This document shows, one piece after another, positions 37,012 to 45,399 of a stretch of 64,000 nt of DNA. The position numbers and the translations under genes are program-made. Origin of the DNA: a virus (lineage: Duplodnaviria > Caudoviricetes); IMG/VR virus record IMGVR_UViG_3300036971_000130. One strand, 5' to 3'. The notes under the pieces are model-generated. The model was not told the DNA's origin. It worked only from the letters and a program-made list of their open reading frames with translations, and ran no database searches. Each line of letters begins with the position of its first letter. Position 1 is the first letter of the stretch.

Positions 37012-37854
37012 CTAGGCCACGTCGATGTCGAGGTGGTCTTGGATGACCTCGATGGCGTGGGCTTTCAGGATGCGGATGATATTACGGCACCGTGACACTG
37101 AGATGCCAGAGTCTCGTGCGATCGTGGTCACATTGAAGACCGCTGGGGCGTTGGGGTCCATGCACGGATGCAGGTACATCTCCGCCACCCGGCCGTGGTC
37201 GTCGCTGATCGAGTAGGCGTAGTCGATCAGCGTTCGGGCGAACCCGGCAACCTCGGAAGCAGCAAGGCTTCCCTGACCGGGGAGCGTGAGTTCCTCGATG
37301 TCGTGGTTCTGACGCATCACGTCGAAGTCGTTGTGCTCACCGACGAGGATCGGACGGATCTGGATGCGATCGCTCTCGGTGACCCTTCCGACCTTCGTCG
37401 GATTCCCGAACCTTGCGTTGATGTCGTTCTGGGCAGCCTCGATGACTTCTTCGGTCGTCGGGAGGGTGCCGTTCATCGCCGTGAGAGCTTCTTCTGCCTT
37501 CAGGGTGATGCGCCAACGGTCGACCTGGCCTCGTGATCCGGAGACGCCGGTCGACGAGACGGACTGTGAGAAGTCCCGCATCGGGGCGACCGACTCACGC
37601 CGGAGGATCTGAAGGAAGTCGTACCCTGCCAGGTTCGGTCGGTTCAGGATGGTGTCCGCCTGCATGGCGACGATCTGCACGTAGTCGTCGATGTCCCGGT
37701 TCTCCTGGATGCCCCGGTACAGGAAGGTGCCAGCAATGGCCCGGTAGTTCGGCATGGCATCCCGATGGAAGGCGTTGATGGCTCTGGTCCGACTGCGACC
37801 TTCGCTCATCCCCATGATCTCCAACGCTCGGTCGGTCATCTGGCTCATCTTCAT
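37012..37854 (-). CDS. Divergent sigma-70 family factor (FliA/WhiG-like layout)
   Basis: Region 2-like DIDDYVQI...MRDF; region 3-like AEEALTAMNGTLPTTEEV; region 4 HTH-like VTTIARDSGISVSRCRNII. Confidence 0.65.
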   Translation of the reverse strand: MKMSQMTDRALEIMGMSEGRSRTRAINAFHRDAMPNYRAIAGTFLYRGIQENRDIDDYVQIVAMQADTILNRPNLAGYDFLQILRRESVAPMRDFSQSVSSTGVSGSRGQVDRWRITLKAEEALTAMNGTLPTTEEVIEAAQNDINARFGNPTKVGRVTESDRIQIRPILVGEHNDFDVMRQNHDIEELTLPGQGSLAASEVAGFARTLIDYAYSISDDHGRVAEMYLHPCMDPNAPAVFNVTTIARDSGISVSRCRNIIRILKAHAIEVIQDHLDIDVA

Positions 37855-38243
37855 CGGGTGCGCTCCCTCATCGGGGTGAACGGGAAGCCCGCCCAGAGTT
37901 GCTTTGGCGTTGTGGCTTCCACGTAAGCGTTGATCCTCGAACCTTGGGAACGGACATCGACCAGCCAGCCTACCGTGAGAACGTCCTTGGTTCGGATACC
38001 AAGGATTCGACGCATGATGGTGATGGTCTTTCTGGCCCCCGAGATTGTAGACCCTGGCGGAGCGGTGAGCACCTGTTCGAGCGGCATCTTCCAGAGGTCA
38101 CGTCCGTCAGGCGTCTGAGCGTGCAGGATCAGGTCGTCGACCGTGAGGATTCCCTCCCGGATCGACAGCAGCCAGTCTCCCCGCTTCTCGTAGATGCGGA
38201 GGCGAGCTTCGTTGAGCTTCTCGACCGAGTTCTCCGGCCGCAT
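37851..38243 (-). CDS. Actinobacterial IHF (mIHF/sIHF)-like nucleoid protein
   Basis: KLNEAR..R.DWLLSIREG.LTVDDLI...LWKMPLEQVLTAPPG..ARK parallels the mIHF pattern AR..RAELK..LK.G...V....LGKMKV..LL.ALP.VG..KA. Confidence 0.6.
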   Translation of the reverse strand: MRPENSVEKLNEARLRIYEKRGDWLLSIREGILTVDDLILHAQTPDGRDLWKMPLEQVLTAPPGSTISGARKTITIMRRILGIRTKDVLTVGWLVDVRSQGSRINAYVEATTPKQLWAGFPFTPMRERTR

Positions 38244-38249
38244 GCAGGT

Positions 38250-39077
38250 CTACGTCCTCGCTGTGACGGGCTTGTAGGCGAGGGAGCGGAACACCGTCTC
38301 CAACGTCACATGACGATCCGGGAAGTGCTCGTTGTAGATGCGCCAGACCGACTCGACATCCATCCCATCGGCGTGCTCCTTGGCGAAGGACCGGATCTCA
38401 GCACCACGACGGGTGTCGTTGGTGACCGACCTGATCGCTTGACGGCAGACGTTCTCGATCCTGAGAGCGATGATCCGATGTGGCTCCTGCTCAGAGCCGA
38501 AGTCTTCCTCGGTCACGCCGGTGATGATCTTCTCGATCGGGGACTGACCAGAGATGGTTTTGCCTCCGAAGTCGACGACCGAGGAAGCGAGATCCGCCAC
38601 CGTGCTGTCGGTGTTCAGGGCGATCAGACGCTCACGAACCTGATCCGAGATGACCTCTCGCAGTTCCCAGTTGGCGTCCTTGGTTCCACGAGCGAGATCC
38701 CAGATCTCAGGCCGTGGCACTCGTCCGATGGTCTGCATCCCGTCGATGTCCACGGAGTAGGCCCACCGGGTTCCTCCGGGAGCGTAGAAGTCGACCATGG
38801 ATGTGCCGCTGCGCCCGTCGGAGGTCGTCCATTCGAGCATGGTGCCGTCGGGGATGTAGGCGAACGGCCCGACGCCTCCCCAGTTGACCTTCACCCGGCG
38901 ACGCTTGCCCTTGGGTGTGGTCGTCGTGACCCAGATGGGCAGGACCACGGGGATGCCTTCGTGCTGTGGAGTGGGGGTCTTCGAGTAGGCGATGTGCCAG
39001 AGGTAGTTCGAGACCGCCCAGTTCATCCGCTCGACACGTTCGAGGGGGACCATGTGGTTAGGCAGCATCTTCTTCAC
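38250..39077 (-). CDS. Hypothetical protein
   Basis: 275 aa ORF in a tightly packed operon. Confidence 0.65.
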   Translation of the reverse strand: MKKMLPNHMVPLERVERMNWAVSNYLWHIAYSKTPTPQHEGIPVVLPIWVTTTTPKGKRRRVKVNWGGVGPFAYIPDGTMLEWTTSDGRSGTSMVDFYAPGGTRWAYSVDIDGMQTIGRVPRPEIWDLARGTKDANWELREVISDQVRERLIALNTDSTVADLASSVVDFGGKTISGQSPIEKIITGVTEEDFGSEQEPHRIIALRIENVCRQAIRSVTNDTRRGAEIRSFAKEHADGMDVESVWRIYNEHFPDRHVTLETVFRSLAYKPVTART

Positions 39078-39915
39078 CTCTGGCCTTCACGGCGACCATG
39101 ATCATTGCGATGCATGCGATTGGGACGATCACGAGAATGATGTACTTCAGGACGAGGAACAGGGCGGAGATTCCAACGAGGAAGCTCGGAGTCGGGTTCT
39201 CCTGCGACCGGACGGTGGTCCAGGCGTAGAGCCCGACGATGATGGCGATGACACACCCGACGAAGACCGGGATGCTGAGTCCACCGGGGAGGAACGTGGA
39301 GACGAGGAAGGCGATCGCTCCGGCGGAGACGGGGATCACTGCGGACGCCGGTGACTGCCAGAGCGATCCGTCCGACTTCGAGACCTGCCTGGTTCCCGAC
39401 GTGGTCGAGAATCTCTCCGAGAGCGTCGAGATCGCAGCCTTGACCTTGACGAGCAGGTCGCTCTCGCCCCGCTCTGGCTTGGTCTTCTCGGGCCTGCCGA
39501 CCGTCTCGGACTTCGGCTCCCTCTCCCTCTCCCGCTTCAGCTTCGACACATCGAACAGGTCGGTGAACATGTCCGATGTGGGTGCGCCGATGTCCTCAGC
39601 ACCACCACTCTCGAACCAGCCTTCGTCGAGGTCCGCTGCGATCCTTGACGGAATCCAGCTTTCGCCAGTCCCCGGATCACGCCAGCCAGCGAAGGCGGTG
39701 TCAGGCACCGGGTCCGTGACGAGCGTCGGAGTCGGCTGCTCCTGTTCGCTCGTGATCGCCCGGTAAGCGTCGTCGACTTCGAGGTACTTGGCGAGATCAC
39801 CGGTTTCTGAACGGTCGGGGTGGTAGCGGAAAACTGCGCTTCGCCAGGCTGCCCGGACGACTGCTGGGCTAGCTCCACGCTCGATCCCGAGCACCGACCA
39901 AGGGTCGACGCTCAT
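39058..39915 (-). CDS. J-domain (DnaJ-like) membrane protein
   Basis: DPWSVLGI...VRAAWR...YHPDR..GD...EV..AY; four C-terminal TM segments. Confidence 0.85.
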   Translation of the reverse strand: MSVDPWSVLGIERGASPAVVRAAWRSAVFRYHPDRSETGDLAKYLEVDDAYRAITSEQEQPTPTLVTDPVPDTAFAGWRDPGTGESWIPSRIAADLDEGWFESGGAEDIGAPTSDMFTDLFDVSKLKREREREPKSETVGRPEKTKPERGESDLLVKVKAAISTLSERFSTTSGTRQVSKSDGSLWQSPASAVIPVSAGAIAFLVSTFLPGGLSIPVFVGCVIAIIVGLYAWTTVRSQENPTPSFLVGISALFLVLKYIILVIVPIACIAMIMVAVKARGEEDAA

Positions 39916-39918
39916 GGA

Positions 39919-41820
39919 TCATCCTCGCTTCTTGAACAGCGACGAGAGGATGCCGGTCTTCTTCTCGGAGATCGGCTCCGGCTCGAAGTCGGGGTCCCCG
40001 GTGACCATGAGAACCACCTTGTCGATCGCCGCCGAGAAGTCGGGGTGACCGGAGACCAGGTGGCCGGTGTTGGTCAGGAGGATCACGTCCTCCTGCTGCT
40101 TGATGATCCCGACGATGTTGATGCCGGGCGAGAAGTTGCGCTCGACCAGAGCGAGATCGAGGTCGTTCGGGACACGGTTCAGGAGCAGGAAGATCCGGTT
40201 CGGGTCGATCCCGTCCTGATGGATCAGCTTGTCGACGAGCCAGCGGTTGTTCGTGATGCCCTCACGGTCGGCGTCGGAGACGACGAAGACCCATCCTCCG
40301 CCGGAACGAACGGTCGGGATGGCGATGTAGTCGACCATGCCTCGGGCGTCGGTGGCTTCGACCGTCTGGGTGTCGAACACGACCAGGTCCACCTGGCTAC
40401 GGATGGCGTCGAGCACCCGCTGGTAGTCGTCGATGCTGACCTGGCTGACGTTGTCCTTGTCCGGACCGAAGACCGTGGCGAACCTGATCGGCTCACGGAT
40501 GCCAGCGTTCGCACGAGCGTTCGAGAGGGTCTCACCGGTCGTGACCGCACGAGCGAGGGAACCCTCGGCACGGGCGTGGTAGATCGACCTCGGGGACGAG
40601 ACCCGAAGCTTGCCCTGCACGTCGGCCTGGCCGATGTTGCCGTCGATGAGGACGACCTTCATCGGGTCTTCCGGGGAGAGGGCGTAGGAGCGGTTGGCTG
40701 CCCGGTCGGCCGTGGTGATGGAGACCGTGGTCTTGCCGACACCACCCTTGCCCGACATCACGAAGATCACGGGAGCGGTCTTCTGACCGAAGATCCGGGA
40801 AGGGGAAGCCTTCGGGGTGGTACCGAACCCGTTGCCGACCGCCTGAGCTTCGCTGAACATGTCCGGCTCCGGCGGGGCAGGAGCAGGTTGGTAGACGGCT
40901 TCGGGAGTCGCCGTGGTGCCGAAGATCGACGGTTCCGGGGGAGGTGCAGGAGCGGGAGGCTGGAACCTCGACGGCTCGGGCTGCGGGGCGGGAACCTCAA
41001 CCTGGCGGGCGAAGGGATCGTCAACAGCCGGAGCCGGTGGCTGGTACACCGGCTCCGGCTGGTACGCAACGGGAGCCTGATGCTGGGCAGGCTCCGGCTG
41101 GTACTGGGCTGGCGCTGTGAACGGGTCATCAGCGGGCGGAGGGGTCACGGTCTCGAACGGGTCGACGTAGGAGGTCTGAACCGGAGGGGCCGGAGTCGGC
41201 ATGACCGCCGGGGTGGCGAACGGATCGTCGGGGAGTTCCTGCTGGACCGGAACGGGGGCGCTCGGCTGCATCGTCTCGAACGGGTTGTCGTCGGCGGGCT
41301 CGGGGGTGATCGACGCCGGAGGCATCGACTCGAACGGATCTTCGACGGGGACCGGGGTTGGGGCAGGGGCCGGGGCCGGGTCGACGAAGGACATCCAGTC
41401 GTCCTCTGCCGGGACGGGTTCGGGTTCCGGTTCGACATGGACGGGGGCGGGAACGGAGCCGTCGCCGTGGAAGATGGCGTCGCCATCGGGGCTGCTGATC
41501 TCGCTGATCCCGAGTCCGAGCAGGATGGCGTTCACGGTGAGTCCGGACGGGACCTTCCGGAACTGCTCGGGCGATTCGTCACCGATCACGTTCACCGAAG
41601 TGGCGAGTTGAGACATGGCGGTGAGCCATGCGGTCAAGCCGGGCTGGTGCGAGAACAAGGCGATGATGTGGATGGGTTCCCCGGCTGCCTTCGCAGCGTC
41701 CACCTCGTTCTTGATCAACATGGCGTTCTGGCGGAACTCCCCTCCACCGACAACGGTGATCCCGTTGCGGGAGAAGATTTCTGCGAGTTCTGGGAGGTCA
41801 ATCAGACCGACGGAGGTCAC
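39919..41820 (-). CDS. MinD/ParA/CpaE-family ATPase with long Pro-rich linker
   Basis: Deviant Walker A SGKGGVGKTT, VVLIDGN, VVFDT, LLLNRV; C-terminal amphipathic GILSSLFKKRG (MinD-like membrane targeting sequence). Confidence 0.85.
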   Translation of the reverse strand: MTSVGLIDLPELAEIFSRNGITVVGGGEFRQNAMLIKNEVDAAKAAGEPIHIIALFSHQPGLTAWLTAMSQLATSVNVIGDESPEQFRKVPSGLTVNAILLGLGISEISSPDGDAIFHGDGSVPAPVHVEPEPEPVPAEDDWMSFVDPAPAPAPTPVPVEDPFESMPPASITPEPADDNPFETMQPSAPVPVQQELPDDPFATPAVMPTPAPPVQTSYVDPFETVTPPPADDPFTAPAQYQPEPAQHQAPVAYQPEPVYQPPAPAVDDPFARQVEVPAPQPEPSRFQPPAPAPPPEPSIFGTTATPEAVYQPAPAPPEPDMFSEAQAVGNGFGTTPKASPSRIFGQKTAPVIFVMSGKGGVGKTTVSITTADRAANRSYALSPEDPMKVVLIDGNIGQADVQGKLRVSSPRSIYHARAEGSLARAVTTGETLSNARANAGIREPIRFATVFGPDKDNVSQVSIDDYQRVLDAIRSQVDLVVFDTQTVEATDARGMVDYIAIPTVRSGGGWVFVVSDADREGITNNRWLVDKLIHQDGIDPNRIFLLLNRVPNDLDLALVERNFSPGINIVGIIKQQEDVILLTNTGHLVSGHPDFSAAIDKVVLMVTGDPDFEPEPISEKKTGILSSLFKKRG

Positions 41821-41863
41821 GTTCCAGGCTCCTTGCTTGGCGTCTGGATGGTATCTCTACACA

Positions 41864-41901
41864 AAGAACCCCCAGCCATGGTGAAATAGCTGGGGGTTCT
41901 T
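41864..41901 (-). terminator. 13-bp hairpin terminator with a promoter-like loop
   Basis: AAGAACCCCCAGC-N12-GCTGGGGGTTCTT followed by TGTG. Confidence 0.7.
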
Positions 41902-41940
41902 CAGAAGGGCAGAGTCACCGCACTGCGGCGATGGGTGCTG

Positions 41941-42555
41941 CTACGGGCGCTCGTACATCGGAGCGTACGTCGGGTTGTCGGCGTCGTAGTCCGACGCACG
42001 GAACTGCGGGACGATGGCCCGGAGGACTCGGGCGCTGTGGCCCTGCGTGCCGGGGATCGACTCGTGAGCGACCACGAACGAGCACTTCCAGCCCTTGTGC
42101 TGCTGTGCGATCTGGGCGAGGTGACGCCCGTAGGGGGTGTTCAGGAAGTCCGTGCGAGCGAACTCCTTCTCGAAGGTCGCCCCGTCGGAACCAGGGGTCC
42201 CCTTCCAGCTTCCCATCGAGACCATCGCACGGGCCGAGGTCTTGCTCACTCCCTCCCTCGGCTCGATCTTCTTGACCCCGAGCAGGGTGCCGTAGAAGAT
42301 CGAGATGTTCGGGTCACCGAAGGCGTCGATGACCTGCCCGATCGGGCCACGGGGGTCCCGAACCAGGAGAAGGGTCTCGGCCAAGGTCTGGGCGACCTGG
42401 ACGGTGCGATCTTCCTCGATCACGTTCTTCTTCTCGCCTTCGCCGGAGGTCTGGAACGACTCCGGGTCGAGGGATGCGAGGATGTTGCTCACCACGGCGA
42501 GCCGCTCTCCCTGGTCGAGAATCAGGGGGTTCTTGTTCTTGGGTCCGTCAGCCAT
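41941..42555 (-). CDS. Hypothetical protein
   Basis: ATG 42555 (MADGPK) with RBS AAGGA. Confidence 0.65.
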   Translation of the reverse strand: MADGPKNKNPLILDQGERLAVVSNILASLDPESFQTSGEGEKKNVIEEDRTVQVAQTLAETLLLVRDPRGPIGQVIDAFGDPNISIFYGTLLGVKKIEPREGVSKTSARAMVSMGSWKGTPGSDGATFEKEFARTDFLNTPYGRHLAQIAQQHKGWKCSFVVAHESIPGTQGHSARVLRAIVPQFRASDYDADNPTYAPMYERP

Positions 42556-42583
42556 GACAGTTGTCCTTTGTGGGTTGTGACGC

Positions 42584-44242
42584 TCAGGCGTCGGCGATCT
42601 TCCACAGCGGGTAGGCGGGGGCCTTCTTCGCTGCGGCAGCCTTCTTGGCGACAGCCCCACGAGGGGCAGCCTTCGGCTGGTTCTTGGTGCCGTGATCGAC
42701 GAGGGTTGCGATGGCGGCGTCGAGGTCGAAGCCTTCCTCGTTCTCGGCAAGGGAGAGGGCGGAACGGGTCATGCGGGTGACCACGTTGACGGCCTGATTG
42801 TACCAGGCCCGCCACTCGTCGGCGGAGGTGCTGCCGATCGGCGGCTTGCGCTGATCGCAGAAGGCGAAGTAGAAGCCACGGATTCGAACGTGGCTGCCGT
42901 GCTGGCGATCCGTTGCACCGAACACCTTGTTCTGCACGGTGTCGCAGATCGACAGGGCGAGCATCGCGATGGAGTCCATCGCCGGTGACGTGACCGGGAA
43001 CTCCGAAGCGTCGATGATCTGGAATGCGTGCGACACACCGGACGCCGATGCGGTCATGGCGTAGGAGTTCGGGTTGATCTCCCGGCCACCGTTCGGGAGG
43101 TTGATCCACTTCTCCCAGGGCTTGCTTTCGGACATGGTGTCCTCTTTCCGTCTGCCCGATTCGTGGCTCTCACGACCGGGGTTCCCACCAGTATGCAGGG
43201 AGGGGCTGACAATCTGAAGAACGCCGTCTTCGGACTGGTCAGATCCTCCACGTCGGAGGGTGTCCAACTTGATGATGGTTCCGTCTGCTGCAACGGGCCG
43301 AGACCACCTGGACCTCTGACCCTTCGGGCATGATGCCACAACCGGGCACCAAGGGCAAAGGGGAGATGGCTTCGCCTCGAACTCGTTGGCGTCCACGGAG
43401 TACCGGAGCCGCCGCCAGCCCTTGTTGAACCGCTCGAAGGTGCCGGACATCTCGGATTCGGAGGTGTCGACGTGGCGGACGACACCGTGGCGGGTGAACA
43501 GGAGCTTGGCTCCGACCGGGCGCTTCCCGGTGAGCTTCTCGACAGCGGCGAGGTAGAGACGAAGCTGGTCGCCCTTCTCGTCGGGGCTGTAGACCTTCCC
43601 GACCTTCCCGGCCTTGTAGTCACCGACGATCATGTTGCCGTTGTCGTCGAGTTCGGTGCGGTCGATGAAGCCGGTGAACGGGGTCCCTGCGATCTCGACG
43701 AGGACGTTCTCCGGCTTGACCTTCTCACCCTTCTTCACAGGGATGTTGATGGGCCACTCGTTGCGGAAGACGTTGACCTTCTGCGGGTCCTCCATGTGCC
43801 ACAGGCCGATGGTCCGCTTCCAGATTTCGGAGATCAGGGTGAGCCTGGTCCGCCTCTGGTGTTCTTCGTCTCCCTCGAACGGGTTGGTCACATCGAAGCC
43901 GTGGTCACGCATCTCCTGTGCTTCGACGACAGCCGATTCGATCGTCTCGTCAGCGACCTGAGTCGTGATGGTTCGAGCCATCTCACGGGTCCGCTTCTCG
44001 GCAGGCAGGTTGAACATCGCCTCCAACACCGAGTGGGCGTTGGTTCCCAGCGGTGCCGGTCCGAAGGGGTCGAACTGCCGGGGGAGCGCCTTGTCGGCTG
44101 CGGTCCTCGCCGGGCACGAGTTCATCGAGTTCGCCGTCGAAGCCGACAGACGATCACGGTTGGCCTTCCCGAGAGATTCGGGGCTGAGTGTGAGGTGACC
44201 CTCCGGGGTCCACCACATGCCAAGCTGTTCGCTCTGGCTCAT
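42584..44242 (-). CDS. RecB/AddB/Cas4-like PD-(D/E)XK nuclease with Fe-S cysteines, in frame with a second protein that starts at 43135
   Basis: LSAS....SCP, GTNAHSVLE, E, GFIDR, IVGDYKAG, QLRLY, CPWCP...C. Internal ATG 43135 has its own RBS (AGAGGA) and promoter. Confidence 0.88.
   Translation of the reverse strand: MSQSEQLGMWWTPEGHLTLSPESLGKANRDRLSASTANSMNSCPARTAADKALPRQFDPFGPAPLGTNAHSVLEAMFNLPAEKRTREMARTITTQVADETIESAVVEAQEMRDHGFDVTNPFEGDEEHQRRTRLTLISEIWKRTIGLWHMEDPQKVNVFRNEWPINIPVKKGEKVKPENVLVEIAGTPFTGFIDRTELDDNGNMIVGDYKAGKVGKVYSPDEKGDQLRLYLAAVEKLTGKRPVGAKLLFTRHGVVRHVDTSESEMSGTFERFNKGWRRLRYSVDANEFEAKPSPLCPWCPVVASCPKGQRSRWSRPVAADGTIIKLDTLRRGGSDQSEDGVLQIVSPSLHTGGNPGRESHESGRRKEDTMSESKPWEKWINLPNGGREINPNSYAMTASASGVSHAFQIIDASEFPVTSPAMDSIAMLALSICDTVQNKVFGATDRQHGSHVRIRGFYFAFCDQRKPPIGSTSADEWRAWYNQAVNVVTRMTRSALSLAENEEGFDLDAAIATLVDHGTKNQPKAAPRGAVAKKAAAAKKAPAYPLWKIADA
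43190..43211 (-). promoter_or_regulatory. PafBC/RecA-NDp-type internal promoter, TGTCAG-N10-CATACT
   Basis: Shares AGATTGTCAGCCCCT with the 44287 site. Confidence 0.65.
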
Positions 44243-44286
44243 CTTCGTCCTTGCTGTTCAGGTCGATCGCCTGAACTCCGTCGTCC

Positions 44287-44308
44287 TTCTTACCTGAAGG
44301 GGCTGACA
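44287..44308 (-). promoter_or_regulatory. PafBC/RecA-NDp-type promoter of the recB-like gene, TGTCAG-N10-TAAGAA
   Basis: Motif and spacing conserved; located in the divergent strand-switch region. Confidence 0.6.
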
Positions 44309-44442
44309 ATCTGGCTGAGTCCGACCAGGATGTCAACCTCCCGAAGAAAATCTCGGAGAAGTTTCCATCAGCCTCCCAAACGTGGTACGAATGGAGGTTC
44401 ACTGGGCCACCAGCATCGGCCCCCGATCCTTCAAGGACAAGT

Positions 44443-44976
44443 ATGAGTGACGCCTGGTCGACTCCCAGCGACGATTTCGTCGACACCGTTTCCGAGGTTG
44501 AGAGCGCCCCGGAACCCGAGGCCAAGAGCGCCGAAGGATCGAAGAAGACGACTCGCAAGAGGACTCCCGCAACGACGAAGGCCGTTGTCACGGCCGTGGC
44601 CTCGAAGACCATCGAGGTTCGCAACGCCGACAAGCAGGTCCGTGAGATCACCGCCAAGGTGCTCGGATCGAAGGCCGAAGATGTCCTCACCGTCACCGTC
44701 GACACCTTCGGCTCCGACGGGTCTGCTCTCGCTGCTGTGAGCACCCTCATCGACATGGCCGACCTCCCCGCCATGCGCTGTGGTGCTGTCGCCGCTTCGC
44801 TCTCGAAGCCGGAGCTTCGCCGGATGTGGGACATCCTCGGCGCTGTCGGGTTCGTCGAGGGCACGCCCCCGAGCGACCAGATCGAGGCTGCGATGACCGT
44901 GGCCGAGTGCGTCCAGCAGTTCGACGATGCGACGCTCACCAAGATCACCAACGTCCAGGGCATCCTGACCGTCTGA
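44443..44976 (+). CDS. Hypothetical protein
   Basis: 177 aa; RBS AAGGA; first gene of the plus-strand block. Confidence 0.65.
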   Translation: MSDAWSTPSDDFVDTVSEVESAPEPEAKSAEGSKKTTRKRTPATTKAVVTAVASKTIEVRNADKQVREITAKVLGSKAEDVLTVTVDTFGSDGSALAAVSTLIDMADLPAMRCGAVAASLSKPELRRMWDILGAVGFVEGTPPSDQIEAAMTVAECVQQFDDATLTKITNVQGILTV

Positions 44977-45392
44977 TGCGACGTTGCCGAGCATGGCGGT
45001 GGACCGGCCTGACCGCCGGTCACCTCAACCACGAACCTGGAACCTGCAAGGACTGTTGGCGACCATGCCGTCAGCAGTTTCACGATGAAGGTGTCGACCT
45101 GTGCCCGGACTGCGAAGCGCAGTACGCCAACCATCCGTCGCCGGTCCTCCGGCTGAAGCTGGTGAACACCGTGCAACTCCGCAGGCAGACCTACCAGCAC
45201 ATGACCACCGACGGTGATCCCCAGATCGCCATGATCGCAGCGGACAAGGGTTCCAGGGTCAAGGACTTCCACATCCCACAGCCGCCGCCTCCACCCTCGT
45301 CAGACGACTGGTTCGGCGGTGGTACGGTGGTGGCCGACGACCCGACCGAAGACGTAGTAGCAGCCAACAACGACATCTGGCCGTGGGGCTAG
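44976..45392 (+). CDS. Small Cys-rich protein with HEAT/LRV-like segment
   Basis: ATG overlaps the upstream TGA; CKDC, CPDC, HPSPVLRLKLV. Confidence 0.55.
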   Translation: MRRCRAWRWTGLTAGHLNHEPGTCKDCWRPCRQQFHDEGVDLCPDCEAQYANHPSPVLRLKLVNTVQLRRQTYQHMTTDGDPQIAMIAADKGSRVKDFHIPQPPPPPSSDDWFGGGTVVADDPTEDVVAANNDIWPWG

Positions 45393-45399
45393 TAGGAAC

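Noticed and set aside
42584-44242. Cas4/CRISPR system
   Set aside because: The nuclease is Cas4-like, but no repeat-spacer array or other cas genes are visible.
44243-44442. Strand-switch region as replication origin or oriT
   Set aside because: It contains promoter motifs but no DnaA boxes, iterons or recognisable nic site. It cannot be excluded, only not supported.
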